64,000 nt of DNA, from positions 16,740,001 to 16,804,000 of the forward strand of contig JBHGNT010000018.1 of NCBI GenBank assembly GCA_043228905.1. The letters are read 5' to 3'. The notes under the pieces were generated by a model. That model did not search any database, was not told where the DNA came from, and saw only the letters and a program-made list of their open reading frames with translations. The position numbers were made by a program, and so were the translations under genes. The DNA is from Azolla caroliniana. Taxonomy: Eukaryota; Plantae; Polypodiophyta. Shown in pieces: positions 63,502-64,000 of the stretch. The number at the start of each line of letters is the position of its first letter. Within the stretch, counting starts at the first letter, position 1.

Positions 63502-64000
63502 CAACCTAAGCTTCTCTCTTAGATAGTTTGTTTTGAAGTACCAGTTGTAGTTGTACTTTGGTCCATGTAGATGACTTGTTGTGTTGCCACTCTTGTGTTG
63601 TGGGTTGGGCTGTTGAGAAGAGTCAGCACGTCCGAAAAAGTGACTCTTCTTAGTTCAATCGGTCTTTCGGCCGCCTTGTGCATCTCTGACCCATTGAAGA
63701 CAAAGTCCGAACTTCAAATGACTTGTCGAGTCTCTAGGTTCCACAGGCAACCGCATACGTCGTCAGGTCACAGAGGCAGGTCCTCGACTCATTGAAGTTG
63801 CCTCAGGTCCATAACCTAAGAAAATGCATTTTCTTGACATGGGCTTGAGCTTTCGGTGTTCATCTTTCTATATAAGCGCATACACATCATAGCGGAAAAT
63901 CCACAACTTTCCATAATCAGGTCACTTGCCAGTCCAAAGCTCTTGCGGAATTTGAAGTCCAAGAGGCCTGCTTGGTGGCATATTTATAATATGTATTGTA
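63502..64000 (-). mobile_element. Ty1/copia pol fragment (Copia-E; integrase C-terminus/SH3-like), continues beyond the window
   Basis: Minus-strand translation IINMPPSRPLGLQIPQELWTGK...KLKPMSRKCIFLGYG. Confidence 0.8.

Overview
Eukaryotic, AT-rich land-plant nuclear DNA. The TE repertoire looks like a seed-free plant such as a fern, but that is inference. One host gene is present: a two-exon histone H2A.Z on the minus strand (exons 14693-14812 and 12503-12799, 138 aa). From about 15.4 kb to the end, the window is a continuous nested retrotransposon cluster: (1) two Ty3/gypsy chromoviruses, one nearly intact with 473-bp LTRs differing at about 3 sites; (2) two non-chromovirus Ty3/gypsy elements plus a solo LTR, with 4-bp CpG-centred TSDs, a tRNA-Trp PBS in one and a tRNA-like A/B-box module in the LTRs of the other family; (3) five Ty1/copia elements or fragments; (4) a minus-strand L1 LINE; (5) an unusual RTEX/L2-CR1-like LINE with an (ATTCTA)n tail inserted in a (CT)n microsatellite; (6) two hAT-type MITEs. 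A further degenerate L1 LINE lies at about 2.6-7.7 kb. There are no prokaryotic systems, CRISPR arrays or rRNA genes. Boundaries were read by eye and may be off by a few bases. Clade assignments need RT phylogeny.
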